Virus record (IMG/VR): IMGVR_UViG_3300042543_000303
Coordinates: 9,961 to 73,960 of that record
Source: a virus
Length of the DNA: 64,000 bases
Strand: one strand, 5' to 3'
The notes under the pieces were generated by a model that made no database searches, was not told the DNA's origin, and saw only the letters and a list, made by a program, of their open reading frames with translations. Position numbers and translations under genes: made by a program. Positions within the stretch are counted from its first letter, which is position 1. The number at the start of each line of letters is the position of its first letter. Shown here piece after piece: positions 26,382 through 37,015 of this stretch.

Positions 26382-29300
26382 TTTCCTCCACCTCCACGTC
26401 TCTGATCAGCTCGAGATCGACAGTCTCGGGCACGCCGTATGCGTCTGGCACGTCCACTTTAAACCCTAGAATCTTACGGACAATCATATCGTCCCGTGGC
26501 TCTTGGTCACTTGCAAGACGCAGGCGAACAAAGGCATCGTCGAAAAGCAAAGAGCACCAGTCCCCCGGGACGTAACTGCCGACCTCTGGATCCATAGACC
26601 CATTGACCGACACGGTCAAGTCGTCGATTGGCGGCAAAGCCTCATTGAGATAGCTCTTGGCTTGGTCGTACAGGTCAATGGCGCCGCTTTGCGCGTCAAT
26701 TTGCTCGGCCGCGTCGAGTACCGGCCAACCCGAGCGAAGCATCTTCTTGGAGCTGGCTCCAGCCATTGGCTGCTTCGTATCATCGCCGCCAGCTGTCGAA
26801 TTCGTGCCAGTAACCCACATGCGTGTCGCCGCGTTCTCCGCTGATTCCTCGAACTTGAACGATGCGATGTTTCCGGGGTAGTCAAACACGAACTTGTCCG
26901 CCCCTAGGCTGGCGGCACTGCGGATGTCGCCGGGTTCTGGGTCGTCGGGGTAGTCGTACCCAGAGAGAACCAGTGTTCGCTTGAATGACTGAGTAGCAGT
27001 ATCAAACGCACAGTCAATACGGTACTCAAAGCCGTTCGGGCCTGACGATGCTTCTTCGAGAATCTCGCCCACGCTCAAAAGACTACTACCGATGAAAATC
27101 TCGCGGCGAGTAAACACGCCAGCGTTGGTTTCCTCTGAAAACTCAATGCCGATATCCGAGTTATCTTCGAATCCTCCATACGTACCAGCGTACACGCGGG
27201 GCCCGAGAGTAGCCGTACCACCGCCCTTAACTTCGATCGTATTAGTTTCAGTGATGATCTCATCTCGCGAAATCTTAATGGGTTCAAACTCGAAGTCACT
27301 GGTGATTTTCGCTGTAGCATTCGCGGGGGGCTCGTTATCATTGCCAGCTCGGTCTGGGAAGTCTTTGACGAACTTCGAAAGAGTCTCAAAGCGAATATTA
27401 GCGCCACTGGCGATGTTAGCTGTCGTATCCGCAGATAGAGTGATCTTCTTCCCATTAGTAGCAACTGAACTAACGAGCGTGCCCGCCGGGATACCCGTGG
27501 CATGCACGGTCATCCCGGCGGAAATGTTCTTTGTATCAGTGACAGTAATCGTCTGAGAGCCAGATGCTACCTGGCCGCCGGCGATCTGCACGGTGATGTT
27601 TTTAGCCTCGCCCGTGGTCTTCTTGGTTAGCTCGACAGTGGTTGAGCCCCCGGACGTGCTGATGCTTTTAATTTTCGCATCGGCCGGCACGCCTGAGCAT
27701 GCGATCGTCATGTCAACAAGCAGACCTGTAGACGTTTCTCCGCTATTAAGCGTCATCTCCGTGCTGCCTTTACTAAAAACAACGTTCTTCTGCGCGTTGA
27801 CTTGCTTCTTAAACGTGAACCGATTCGCGCCTGGAGTGCCGTCAATAACCCACGAGCCGTTGTACCCCTTATCGTTAGGGTCACCAAAGTTGGAGATCGT
27901 GACCGTCTCGCCAATACGGTACCCGTGTGGCGTATTGGTGTAAAGAGTAACAACGCCACCGCGACTGGTTCGTCGCGTGATACTCCGCGAACGGTTGATT
28001 AGATATGTAACTTGATTGTTGGCAGGAATCGTGTCGATCTCATGCTCGCCGTCAAAAGGAGCATTAGCGCCTTGCACCTTGATTTTTCCGGTAGTTAGAT
28101 AGTTATGCGGAGTTTCCACCTCGAGTTTGACAACCCACTTTTCGGGTGATGCCTGATAGTCGATTCCGCGCTTTGTGATGTTGCGCTTGAAGTACCAGAA
28201 CGAATTACTTAAAGACTGCCTGTTGTATACCAACCTATCTGGCGCCGTGATTTCGTCGATTTGCTCAGTCTCGTCGAAAAGGTCCATGTCCTGATTGGTG
28301 ATAGACGTCTTGCTGCGCGGGCGATTAGCGTTGACAACCACTTCATCGCCGACGCTGGCATTGTGATTCTCGGCGAGCGTCAGCGTAACCTTGCCACCAG
28401 TAACGCTGAAGGCAGTGATGTCGAGTGTGCGAAGCCCGTCCTCAGCTGCGGCCGCAAGATCACTGCCGGCGTTTTCGTACTCAAAGCTGAGCTCGCTTGG
28501 CGTGCTAGTTACTGCGTACAGGCCGTCAAAAACTTCATCCACGTCCTTGACGACAACCTCTTGTCCTGGAATCAGTGTATGAGGACGATTGAGCGTCAGC
28601 CGGGCAGTGTTCTCTGTGCGCTGCTTGCCAAGGACCGAGTACTCAGCTGTAAAGCCAGGCTGGTACTCATCACGAGGGATTTCGATCCCTGCAAAGTCGT
28701 CTGCGGTACGCTTGACGATATCCCGCACGAACTTGTAATTGTCCATGCTCTTGCGGAACGTTGCCGACGTTGTCTCAGTGCCCGAGATCGTCTCGTTCGA
28801 ATCAATCAGTACCGTGAAAGTTGAAGCGTTTGGAGTTTGGTAAACGGTAGCGCCTCCGTCAAGCGCAGGCTGACCTGTCCCGATAATGATGATGTCGTTG
28901 CCTGGCGCAAGCAAGTGCTCTCTTGGCTCCGAGCCTTCGCCCAAGTCGACCGGCCGCGTCGTGAATGTTGCCAGGCCGTCGATCGCCGAATACGAACCAA
29001 GTTGAATGGGCGCGTCCATCGAGTAGATGCCTACAGGGGTGCCGGATGAGCGATCGACTAGAGTCTTCCAGACAAAGCGATGGTAGAAGTAGCTGATGAA
29101 CTCAGCGCCGGACACAGACAGCGTGCGGTTTTCAGGGTCGTACTCGCGTGACCAAATGATACCACCCCAAACGCACGCGTCGTTGCGCATGACGTACAGC
29201 GCGGTGCGGCCGGGCATCGTTGAGTTGTAAAGATCCAAGTGAGTGTTCTCGTCGATGACGGGGATATTTCCTGAAAACTCACCAGCTCGGCGAATAGCCC

Positions 29301-29394
29301 GGCTCCAGCCCACACCCTGAAAAGGGATCTCTGCGAGAAGTGTGTTAGTGAGCAGATCAGTCGTGAAGTAGCGGTACCTTGCACCGGTGTCCAT
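26362..29394 (-). CDS. baseplate hub / Tal-like minor tail protein with inserted repeats
   Basis: Siphovirus minor-tail N-terminus (DLLT..LLAEIP, VWGGIIW) and C-terminus (FDYPGNI, GWP.LD); second gene after the tape measure. Confidence 0.8.
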   Translation of the reverse strand: MDTGARYRYFTTDLLTNTLLAEIPFQGVGWSRAIRRAGEFSGNIPVIDENTHLDLYNSTMPGRTALYVMRNDACVWGGIIWSREYDPENRTLSVSGAEFISYFYHRFVWKTLVDRSSGTPVGIYSMDAPIQLGSYSAIDGLATFTTRPVDLGEGSEPREHLLAPGNDIIIIGTGQPALDGGATVYQTPNASTFTVLIDSNETISGTETTSATFRKSMDNYKFVRDIVKRTADDFAGIEIPRDEYQPGFTAEYSVLGKQRTENTARLTLNRPHTLIPGQEVVVKDVDEVFDGLYAVTSTPSELSFEYENAGSDLAAAAEDGLRTLDITAFSVTGGKVTLTLAENHNASVGDEVVVNANRPRSKTSITNQDMDLFDETEQIDEITAPDRLVYNRQSLSNSFWYFKRNITKRGIDYQASPEKWVVKLEVETPHNYLTTGKIKVQGANAPFDGEHEIDTIPANNQVTYLINRSRSITRRTSRGGVVTLYTNTPHGYRIGETVTISNFGDPNDKGYNGSWVIDGTPGANRFTFKKQVNAQKNVVFSKGSTEMTLNSGETSTGLLVDMTIACSGVPADAKIKSISTSGGSTTVELTKKTTGEAKNITVQIAGGQVASGSQTITVTDTKNISAGMTVHATGIPAGTLVSSVATNGKKITLSADTTANIASGANIRFETLSKFVKDFPDRAGNDNEPPANATAKITSDFEFEPIKISRDEIITETNTIEVKGGGTATLGPRVYAGTYGGFEDNSDIGIEFSEETNAGVFTRREIFIGSSLLSVGEILEEASSGPNGFEYRIDCAFDTATQSFKRTLVLSGYDYPDDPEPGDIRSAASLGADKFVFDYPGNIASFKFEESAENAATRMWVTGTNSTAGGDDTKQPMAGASSKKMLRSGWPVLDAAEQIDAQSGAIDLYDQAKSYLNEALPPIDDLTVSVNGSMDPEVGSYVPGDWCSLLFDDAFVRLRLASDQEPRDDMIVRKILGFKVDVPDAYGVPETVDLELIRDVEVEEIGNQSS

Positions 29395-29433
29395 CGTCCT
29401 TTTTCTCCGCCTTAGTGTCGTTAGAGTTGATTA

Positions 29434-31872
29434 TTACGCGAGCCAGCCAGAGCGATACTTCAATGCCACAACGGCGGTTGATGCCGCGTTGCCAGCGTCC
29501 ACGACCTTGATCGCGTTTGCGCCTGGCGCAAACTTGATCCAGTCCGTCACGGCCGCAAGTTTTCCTCGCGCGTAGGGCGCCTGCCCGTTAAGCAAAACCG
29601 AACGCATAGATGTGTCAATGACCAGCCGATCTGTGCCTCCAGACACTGTGCCGCTCGAGGTTGTCTCCTCTATCACGGTAGAGTTTCCACTGCCGACAGT
29701 GTTAGTTAGTCCGACGATAGAAAATGTCGTAACTCGCCCTCCCGTGCTGTTCTGTCCCTGAGCGTTCACCGAAGCGTTCTCAAACGAAGCCAGCGACGAC
29801 TTAGCAGCCGCGCTGATCGGCGCCTCTCCGCTTGCCACGCCGAAGTACTCGATAAGACCGGTTTTCGTAGTCGAAGGAGGAATAACGTCGTAGTAGTACC
29901 TGGTAGCGTTCACCTTCGTGATTGCAAATGATCCATTCAAACCGGTCGGTGCTCGCCCAGCCTTCAGGGGAGTGCGCAGGCGCAGGGTGTCCCCGCTCTC
30001 AAACCTGTGACTTGTCTCAGTATTGACTGTGACGCGGTAGTACTTGCCAGACGCTTTAGCAATCGCGATGCTAGCGGTTTCAACATTAAAACTGGCTACG
30101 TTGAATGTAAACGTGAAGTCTGTTTTGGCGGCCGGCTCTACCGTGATCTCGCTGCTGGTCAAGTTTACCGGGCGACCGCACCCTCCAACGTAGATTAAGT
30201 CATTAGTCGTGAACCCGTGCTTATCCCAAGTTTCGAGCGTAATGACGTCGTCATTCGCGCTGTTTGAGGCCGTGTACGACTTAAACTTCACCGCGCGCGC
30301 GCGATTGGCGTAGTAGCGAAGGCTTAAGCCGTTGCCTGCCACCGAGAGAACAGTCCCATTCGTAATGTTTACTGCGGGTGAGATGTTGTCTACCGTGATG
30401 GAGTCGCCGGCTACAAAATCAACTGGGTCGCCAGAGTACAAAGTCACGATCGACGCGACGGCAGTAGCCGATGCTGCGCCTGACGCAAGAGTCGCAAGCG
30501 CAGGGACGTTAACCGTGAACGTGTTAGCTGTTGGCGTCGCTACGATCTCAAAGCGTCCATTGAGCGCCACCGCGCCAGCAGTGAAACCCGACATAAGAAC
30601 CTCAATGCCGGGGACGAGCTGGTGCGCTGCCGACGTAGTCAGTGTTGCGACGCTGGCTGTCACGCTGCGTGAGGAAATATTTAACGTCTCCCCGAGCCTG
30701 TACGAAGTAAAACCGCTGCTGCGAGTGAGTTCTAGTGCGTAAGAGAATGAATTCTCTGTTGGCACGTCGGTGATCACGTGCGTGCCGTTAAACTCCGCGT
30801 TGACTCCAGACACAGTCACGGTCTTACCGACGTACAGCTTGTGCGGCCCTTCAGTCGTCAACGTAGCGTAGCCGTTGAAGTACGAACGCTTGATGATGTT
30901 TGTTGTCGTGGTACCGCCAACAAGATTTGTGGTTACGGTAAGCTTCTGCTTGGTCGTCGTGTTCTCGATCGTCAGCGGCCCGGTAACCGGACCATCAATG
31001 GTAATAATCCCGCCTACCGCGACGTTGCCGGCGTTAGTAATCGTGTATTCGCCGCTAATTGTCGTGTTCTTGGGCGAGATCGTAGCGGTCGTGTACCCGT
31101 CAACACCAGACCAAGAGTATTTGATCGGGTCCGCCGCAGTCAGGTCTGCTCTGAAATTGATGCGCCCACGAGAGCCAACAACCTCAATCTCTGGTTGCGA
31201 GCCAAGACGAACAAACGCTGCCTTGGTTAGCCCATCGCCAGACTGCACGCTGCCAATCGCGAAGGTGTCGGAGATGCCGCTACCCGTCGAGGCGAATGTT
31301 ACCGCCGCGCCGCTGGAGCTAATCACCGCGAAAGTTCCGTTGACGGCGGAGACGTTGGACGAGACGGTAATCGAGTCGCCAGCGATAAATGGATTAGTCC
31401 CGCTAAGTGTGACAGTCGCTACGTTTGACGCTCGAGAAACCTTCGCGATCTTGGCGAACTTGGTAGCCTGCCGCTCAACTGTCTTAAGCCAGGCTCCAGT
31501 GTACACCAGATTAAGCGCGCGGGCAAGTGAGTCCCGCGCGGCGAGAACAAACGACGGGCTTGGGACTAGTATCGAGCCCCTAAGCGTAACCTCGCGAGAC
31601 TGGTAGCGACCAGACACGTCGTACGAGCCGTCGCCAAAGGCGCGCTCGACACTCGGGTAGTCAGGTTCGGCAAGCGTCCACCAATTTTCGATATCGGTGC
31701 ATACCCAGACCACACCGTTGCCGTCTCGAGTGTTGAGCGTAAGATCTCCTAGGGCGACGTCTCCTAGGAGTTTCATTCCGGTAATTACCGGTTCATCGAG
31801 AGGCGTCAGCCCCTTACGGACGAAGTGGTTTTCACTGCGCTGGAACGCAGGAGTGACATTCTCAGCGGCCAT
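29434..31872 (-). CDS. distal tail protein (Dit) with large insertion
   Basis: Follows the tape measure; R.VTLRG, A.DP.KY, N.G......I.GP, W..F.PG.N.I, YRSGW C-terminus. Confidence 0.8.
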   Translation of the reverse strand: MAAENVTPAFQRSENHFVRKGLTPLDEPVITGMKLLGDVALGDLTLNTRDGNGVVWVCTDIENWWTLAEPDYPSVERAFGDGSYDVSGRYQSREVTLRGSILVPSPSFVLAARDSLARALNLVYTGAWLKTVERQATKFAKIAKVSRASNVATVTLSGTNPFIAGDSITVSSNVSAVNGTFAVISSSGAAVTFASTGSGISDTFAIGSVQSGDGLTKAAFVRLGSQPEIEVVGSRGRINFRADLTAADPIKYSWSGVDGYTTATISPKNTTISGEYTITNAGNVAVGGIITIDGPVTGPLTIENTTTKQKLTVTTNLVGGTTTTNIIKRSYFNGYATLTTEGPHKLYVGKTVTVSGVNAEFNGTHVITDVPTENSFSYALELTRSSGFTSYRLGETLNISSRSVTASVATLTTSAAHQLVPGIEVLMSGFTAGAVALNGRFEIVATPTANTFTVNVPALATLASGAASATAVASIVTLYSGDPVDFVAGDSITVDNISPAVNITNGTVLSVAGNGLSLRYYANRARAVKFKSYTASNSANDDVITLETWDKHGFTTNDLIYVGGCGRPVNLTSSEITVEPAAKTDFTFTFNVASFNVETASIAIAKASGKYYRVTVNTETSHRFESGDTLRLRTPLKAGRAPTGLNGSFAITKVNATRYYYDVIPPSTTKTGLIEYFGVASGEAPISAAAKSSLASFENASVNAQGQNSTGGRVTTFSIVGLTNTVGSGNSTVIEETTSSGTVSGGTDRLVIDTSMRSVLLNGQAPYARGKLAAVTDWIKFAPGANAIKVVDAGNAASTAVVALKYRSGWLA

Positions 31873-34800
31873 TTACGCCACACCCTTTCGCATCTGCTGC
31901 GCAATTGCGCGCGACACACGCGACGCAAGCTGCCGCTCATCCATCCCGGGCGACGGGTATACCTGAATCTGAATGCTTGTCCCGGCCGCAGCAACTCCGG
32001 ACTGCATCTGTGTCATGTAGTTAATCATCGCCTTGTCGCGAGTCGACAGCCCGTTAGGGTCAAGTGGCTCGACGCGCTCGGCGCGGCCAGCCTCTGCAAC
32101 ACGTACCAATGTCCCACCAGCGCGAGGGCGAATGATGCCGCCGTACGCCAGATTAGGAATCTCTGGAATATCATCGCCAGGGTTAAGTAGGTTTGCTCCG
32201 CGAATCGCGATGTTAATTCCATTGATCAGCCCGTTTAACAACCCCTTGATGGTGCCAATCACGGTGGACAGTCCGTTCGATAGGCCAGACCAGAGTGACC
32301 CGGCCGCGCTTGAAACTTTACCTGCAAGGTCAGACAAGAACGGCCAAACCGTGTTGTCCCAGAAGTCTTTTACAACAGTCCAGGCAATTCGGAAAGGCTG
32401 CACGATCCACTTATTAAAGAGCCCACCGATGCCAGACATAATAGTGGTTATGAAACTCTTCATTGCATTCAAGAACGGAATGACAAAGGTGTTCCAACTG
32501 GCCTGCATCCCGCTCCAGATCAGCTTAAACCCAAACAGGATGGGTTTAAAGGCAAGCGCAATCAAGGAAACAATTACCTTGATAATGCCGAGACCAACGC
32601 GGAACAGTCCTAGGAAAAGATCAAACACTGGGCTAAGCAGATCAACAACAGCTTGAAAACCCTTCCAAATAAGCTGAAATGTCGGAACCAAAGTATTGAC
32701 GATAAAGCCGACAATCAGACTAAAGATCGGGAATAGTGCAGTCGACCACCACCAGCCGATGACTCCGGCAACAATCTTAATGATACCGATCACTAGCTTG
32801 AATGCATTAACAATAATGTTGCCCCAGACAAAGCCAATGTACTGTCCGATGGCACTAAAGATCGGTTGAACAAAACTCCAGAAGTTTGTTACCGCGGTCC
32901 CGATTTCTTCAAACGCTGCAGAAAAACCGGGCGCAATCTCGTTTGAGAACCATGACACGACGGTGTCGATAACTGGCTGAACGTTTTCAGTCCATAGCGC
33001 GACAAACTCGTCAATGTATGGTTGGATCCCGGAGACGATGCCTTGAACAAGTGAGACAAGACTTTGAATCACGCCACCGACGACGCGAATAAGGAATCCC
33101 CACCACTGAGCCAGGACCTTAATCGCGCCGACGAGAACAAACTGAATGACGGGAACGATGAAGGTTCCTATAAAGTCGCCAAGCGCCTTGAGCGCGCCAA
33201 GCACTCCGTCAATTACGCTTTGGCCTCCACCCATCCAGGCAAACGCTTCTTCAAACGCCGTTTTAAGCGTGTCCCACGCCTCAGTAAGAGCCCCACCGAT
33301 TGCCTCTGCCATATTCGTCAGCGACTCGCGGAACGCTTCACTTTGCGTGTAAGCTCCGATAAGAATGCCAATCACGGCCGCGATGGCAGCAATGATTCCC
33401 CACAGCGCGGCGGTGCTTACTCCAAGAACAAGCGCTAGTCCGCCAAACCCACCCTGCGCAAGTGTTCCAGCAAACCCAAGCCCTAAGCCTTTAAACAAAC
33501 CGATAACCGCGGCGAGCCCACCCGCGAGCCCCTTAAAGGCGGCGATAGCGCCGAGTACTGCGCCGGCTATGAACATAAATGCTGTTTTACCGATAGAAAA
33601 TAGAAGTCTAAACGCTCGAGTAGCGGCAAAAATTACAGCAGCAAACGCTAGAACCTTTGCCACGGTTTCATTCGAGAAAAAGTCGGCTACGATTTTTGCT
33701 GCTTGATTCAAGATATCGAAGAAGATCTGAAGCGCGCCAGCATCTGTCAACGCGTCAAAGACGCGCATAAGATTATTGGCTAGCTCGCCCATCGTAGTGC
33801 CGAGGTTCGTGTCAGCCATCTTCTCAAAGGCGGAGAAGAAGCTGTCGATTGCTCCGCCGTCCTGCGAAATCGTGTTGAAGAAGTTCGCGACGCCTTGATT
33901 GTTACCAAGGTCGATAAAACCCTTGACAAACCTAGTTATGCCTCGGCCGATAGCAATAAAGTTTGTAGCAACGTCTCGAAAGAAATCTTCAAGCTCGCCA
34001 TTTTCGTTAATGACTCGAGTAAATTCCTCAAACTTTTTTGTTGCGGCCTCGAATGCGTCAAGAATCATCTCGCCGCCGCTGCCTGGGCCGGACGCGGCCT
34101 TTCCGATGTTCATGAACGCGTCAAACAAATTACCAAAGATTCGCCCGAGTTGCCTAGCAATTTCTCCGGCGTACGACATGGTGTCGGCTAGAGCGCCAGT
34201 TTCTTTGTTGGCTTGAAGCGACGTCTTCCATCCACCGGTTAGCGTCTTTGTCCACTCGGCAAATTCTTCAGTCAGCGGGCGCGCCGCATCGAGCAAATCC
34301 AATAGAATGCTGAGAAGGTTACTAATCGTCCCGCCAAGGCTGCCAATAACCTTGTCATTGGTCTTCCAGATGCGCTCAAGATTGCCAAGATTGTCTGCGG
34401 CCGTGACAGTTTTTGAAATCTGAATCGCGACCTTGCCGATTGCGTCGCCGGTGCCTTCTAGCAGCGGAATCAGTCTCGGGAAAAGATTCTTGACAAGATT
34501 GTCGATCGCGATGATTAGCTGAGGAAACAGCTTTCTACCCGCGGCAAACTGAAGTTTCTTCAGCTCATCTTGAATACTAATGATGTAACGAACAAACGCC
34601 TGAGCTTCCGGCGACAACTTAGCCATCGCTTCAGCAAACGCATCAGCACCACCGCCCGCTCCGCCAAAGCCTTTCTTGAGATCCTCAAGAGCGTCGGCAA
34701 GCTCTTCCTCTGCTTCAATGATCGCGCGCTGCGCGTCACGCCGCGCACGCTCCGCGTCGACAACAGCGTCCTGGTAATCACGGAATGCGTCAGCCTCGCG

Positions 34801-35766
34801 CTGCTTAGCGTCTGCCACGTCCTTGCTCGCGTCGGCGAGAAGATCGGCGCCGGCGGACCCAGCCTGCGCAGCCTCCTCTTGTTCTTGACGCAGATCATTA
34901 TTTCGGTCGATCGAGCGACGGTACTCGAGCTCAGCCTCGCGAAACGCGAGCTCGGCTTCGCGCCGGGCAGCGCTGTCGACCGGGAGATCAGAAGCCGCTG
35001 CCAACTGTGTGCGCGCCTGCTCGAGCCGCATCCCTGCGCGTTCTTGCGCGAGCGCGGCTTCCTCGACATCAAAGCCGAGCTGCTGCGTCATCTCAGCAGC
35101 TTCGCGTTGCGCGTCCTTTAGACGATCAACAGCGTCGGTAGTTTCTTCAATCGACTCCTGGTAGTCGCTCCAGGCGTCTTCAACCATTCGCGCCGCGCGC
35201 TCTTCGACCTCGGCCGCGTTTTCAATCGCGTCCGCGAGACGGCGGCGTGCATCCTCTACGCGCTTCGCTGCAGCCTCAGCGGCCTCAGCGCTACCGCCAC
35301 CGCCGCCACCTCCACCGCCGGCGTTCAATCCAGCAGAAATAGCAGCGCCTACGCCAATGAACGCTACCTTGAGAGCTATTGCGCCTTGGATAAGTGCAGA
35401 AAACACTCCAAGAAGGCTGAGTAGAGCTGGCCCTGCCGCTGCTGCCTGAGCGCCAAGCGCAACAAGCCCACTGCCCAGCGCCGATATCGCGGCACCTGCA
35501 CCGGCGAATGCCGGGCCAAGAACGTAGCCCAGCGTGATGAGGCGACTTAGCGAGCGAAATGTGTTTCGCGCGTCGTTCTGGAATTGCCGGCCAAAAAGCC
35601 CGCCACCGCCGCCTCCACGCCGGAATCCTTGCTGAAAACTGCGCCCTACACGGTTGCCCGCGTCGTTTCCAATTCGATCCGCGTCACGAAAGCCCTGCCG
35701 AATATCGTTCGGGACGCCGCGAGTAATCGCGTGGACAATTACATAAGCGTCACCCACGACTGCCAT
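31873..35766 (-). CDS. tape measure protein
   Basis: 1297 aa, Ala/Gly-rich helical protein, Trp/Phe periodic repeats, LA.GG...EAG..E.V.PL C-terminus. Confidence 0.92.
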   Translation of the reverse strand: MAVVGDAYVIVHAITRGVPNDIRQGFRDADRIGNDAGNRVGRSFQQGFRRGGGGGGLFGRQFQNDARNTFRSLSRLITLGYVLGPAFAGAGAAISALGSGLVALGAQAAAAGPALLSLLGVFSALIQGAIALKVAFIGVGAAISAGLNAGGGGGGGGGSAEAAEAAAKRVEDARRRLADAIENAAEVEERAARMVEDAWSDYQESIEETTDAVDRLKDAQREAAEMTQQLGFDVEEAALAQERAGMRLEQARTQLAAASDLPVDSAARREAELAFREAELEYRRSIDRNNDLRQEQEEAAQAGSAGADLLADASKDVADAKQREADAFRDYQDAVVDAERARRDAQRAIIEAEEELADALEDLKKGFGGAGGGADAFAEAMAKLSPEAQAFVRYIISIQDELKKLQFAAGRKLFPQLIIAIDNLVKNLFPRLIPLLEGTGDAIGKVAIQISKTVTAADNLGNLERIWKTNDKVIGSLGGTISNLLSILLDLLDAARPLTEEFAEWTKTLTGGWKTSLQANKETGALADTMSYAGEIARQLGRIFGNLFDAFMNIGKAASGPGSGGEMILDAFEAATKKFEEFTRVINENGELEDFFRDVATNFIAIGRGITRFVKGFIDLGNNQGVANFFNTISQDGGAIDSFFSAFEKMADTNLGTTMGELANNLMRVFDALTDAGALQIFFDILNQAAKIVADFFSNETVAKVLAFAAVIFAATRAFRLLFSIGKTAFMFIAGAVLGAIAAFKGLAGGLAAVIGLFKGLGLGFAGTLAQGGFGGLALVLGVSTAALWGIIAAIAAVIGILIGAYTQSEAFRESLTNMAEAIGGALTEAWDTLKTAFEEAFAWMGGGQSVIDGVLGALKALGDFIGTFIVPVIQFVLVGAIKVLAQWWGFLIRVVGGVIQSLVSLVQGIVSGIQPYIDEFVALWTENVQPVIDTVVSWFSNEIAPGFSAAFEEIGTAVTNFWSFVQPIFSAIGQYIGFVWGNIIVNAFKLVIGIIKIVAGVIGWWWSTALFPIFSLIVGFIVNTLVPTFQLIWKGFQAVVDLLSPVFDLFLGLFRVGLGIIKVIVSLIALAFKPILFGFKLIWSGMQASWNTFVIPFLNAMKSFITTIMSGIGGLFNKWIVQPFRIAWTVVKDFWDNTVWPFLSDLAGKVSSAAGSLWSGLSNGLSTVIGTIKGLLNGLINGINIAIRGANLLNPGDDIPEIPNLAYGGIIRPRAGGTLVRVAEAGRAERVEPLDPNGLSTRDKAMINYMTQMQSGVAAAGTSIQIQVYPSPGMDERQLASRVSRAIAQQMRKGVA

Positions 35767-35826
35767 AGACTCTACTCACCTCCTTTCCCGCTAGATCTAT
35801 TCTTACCTGTTTTTAAGAACTGACTC

Positions 35827-36258
35827 CTACTTTAGAGGCGCGTCCAAGGCGCTTCCGAACGGCAACTTCGCGTCTGAGTCAAACGTTGACGCCGGAGTGA
35901 ACGGCTTAACCGTCTTTGGCTTCGGGCTGAACGGGTCCGGAAGTGGCTCGATCTCAGTGTCTAGGTCGATGTCGTCCGGTACGCCGAAACGCCCGTCTGA
36001 GGGGTTCTTGTCCTTAGGCAGGGCATAGCGGTAGGGGGTGTTATACAGCGCCGGATAGATACTTTCCCGGATAGCTGACTTTGAGCGCGCCGACTCTTCG
36101 CTGGGAGGAGTGTGGTCGGTCTCAAACATGTAGTGGAGTACGTCCAGCATGTCAGATGCATCCATTTCTGCCAAGTTGAGACCGTTCATTTGCGCCCAAC
36201 CATTCACGTAAGGCCAGAGATCTAATCCCCAGGTGGCGAAGGATCGGGCTGCGTCGTA
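35827..36258 (-). CDS. tail assembly chaperone, second (probably -1 frameshifted) segment
   Basis: Overlaps the chaperone ORF in the -1 frame and lies directly before the tape measure. Confidence 0.65.
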   Translation of the reverse strand, partial: YDAARSFATWGLDLWPYVNGWAQMNGLNLAEMDASDMLDVLHYMFETDHTPPSEESARSKSAIRESIYPALYNTPYRYALPKDKNPSDGRFGVPDDIDLDTEIEPLPDPFSPKPKTVKPFTPASTFDSDAKLPFGSALDAPLK

Positions 36259-36572
36259 GGGCGCGTCGCGTACTGCTCCACCAACCAACCCGTGATCTCG
36301 CCAAGCGTCTCGACCGAGACGATGCGATCTGGGTCATCAAGAAGAGCTTCAAAGCGCGCGTAGTCTTCAGAAACGATCACGTAGTTGAAGAACTTAGTGA
36401 CAGTTTCAGCAGCAGCACTTGGGTCATCGTCGTCTGTGCCGGCCACTAGACTAAGCAGGAACTTACCCTGAATGGCCGGACGGCAGGAGAAAGTCTCGCC
36501 GTGAAGAGCGAACTGCAAAGGCTCGGCGCTTGCCTCGCCGCCGCTGCCAAAATCCTTGAATCGAGTAGTCAT
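36222..36572 (-). CDS. tail assembly chaperone
   Basis: Position, plus the C-terminal L.EI..WLVE.Y..RPT motif. Confidence 0.8.
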   Translation of the reverse strand: MTTRFKDFGSGGEASAEPLQFALHGETFSCRPAIQGKFLLSLVAGTDDDDPSAAAETVTKFFNYVIVSEDYARFEALLDDPDRIVSVETLGEITGWLVEQYATRPTTQPDPSPPGD

Positions 36573-36634
36573 GCGGTAAATTCCTCCGTCTTTATCGTGG
36601 TGTCTTAGCTACTGAGCTATTCAGCAACATGGGT

Positions 36635-37015
36635 CTACAGTATCAAACGAAGAGCGTCCGTGAGGTAGTGATTGGCGCGTGTCCCCGGGTGAGACACTGA
36701 CCTGGTGTAAACGATTCGCCCTCCGGCGGCGAACCGTAGGTGTTGGCCTTTGCCGACGATCTGATGCGGACGAGTGCCTTCGTGGTGAAGCAGAGCGTAG
36801 CCTAGCGGCGAGCCGATCTTGAGCTCTTGCCCTGGGCCACGGCGATAGTGCCGCATATGTATCGAGTTCATCAATCTGCCAGAGCGCCTACCTACGCGCG
36901 CCTTTGCAGCCATGACAATTAACTGACCGCGACGGCGAAGCCAGCGGCCGACCGCTCCAGGGGGCTCGTTCAAGAAAAAATCGAGCTCCGCGGCGCGCAA
37001 GCGGACAATTGCCAT
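36635..37015 (-). CDS. HK97 gp10-like neck / tail completion protein
   Basis: GRL..SI, YA..HHEGTRPH, V.HPGT..N.YL..AL; start MAIVRL overlaps the upstream TAA. Confidence 0.75.
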   Translation of the reverse strand: MAIVRLRAAELDFFLNEPPGAVGRWLRRRGQLIVMAAKARVGRRSGRLMNSIHMRHYRRGPGQELKIGSPLGYALLHHEGTRPHQIVGKGQHLRFAAGGRIVYTRSVSHPGTRANHYLTDALRLIL

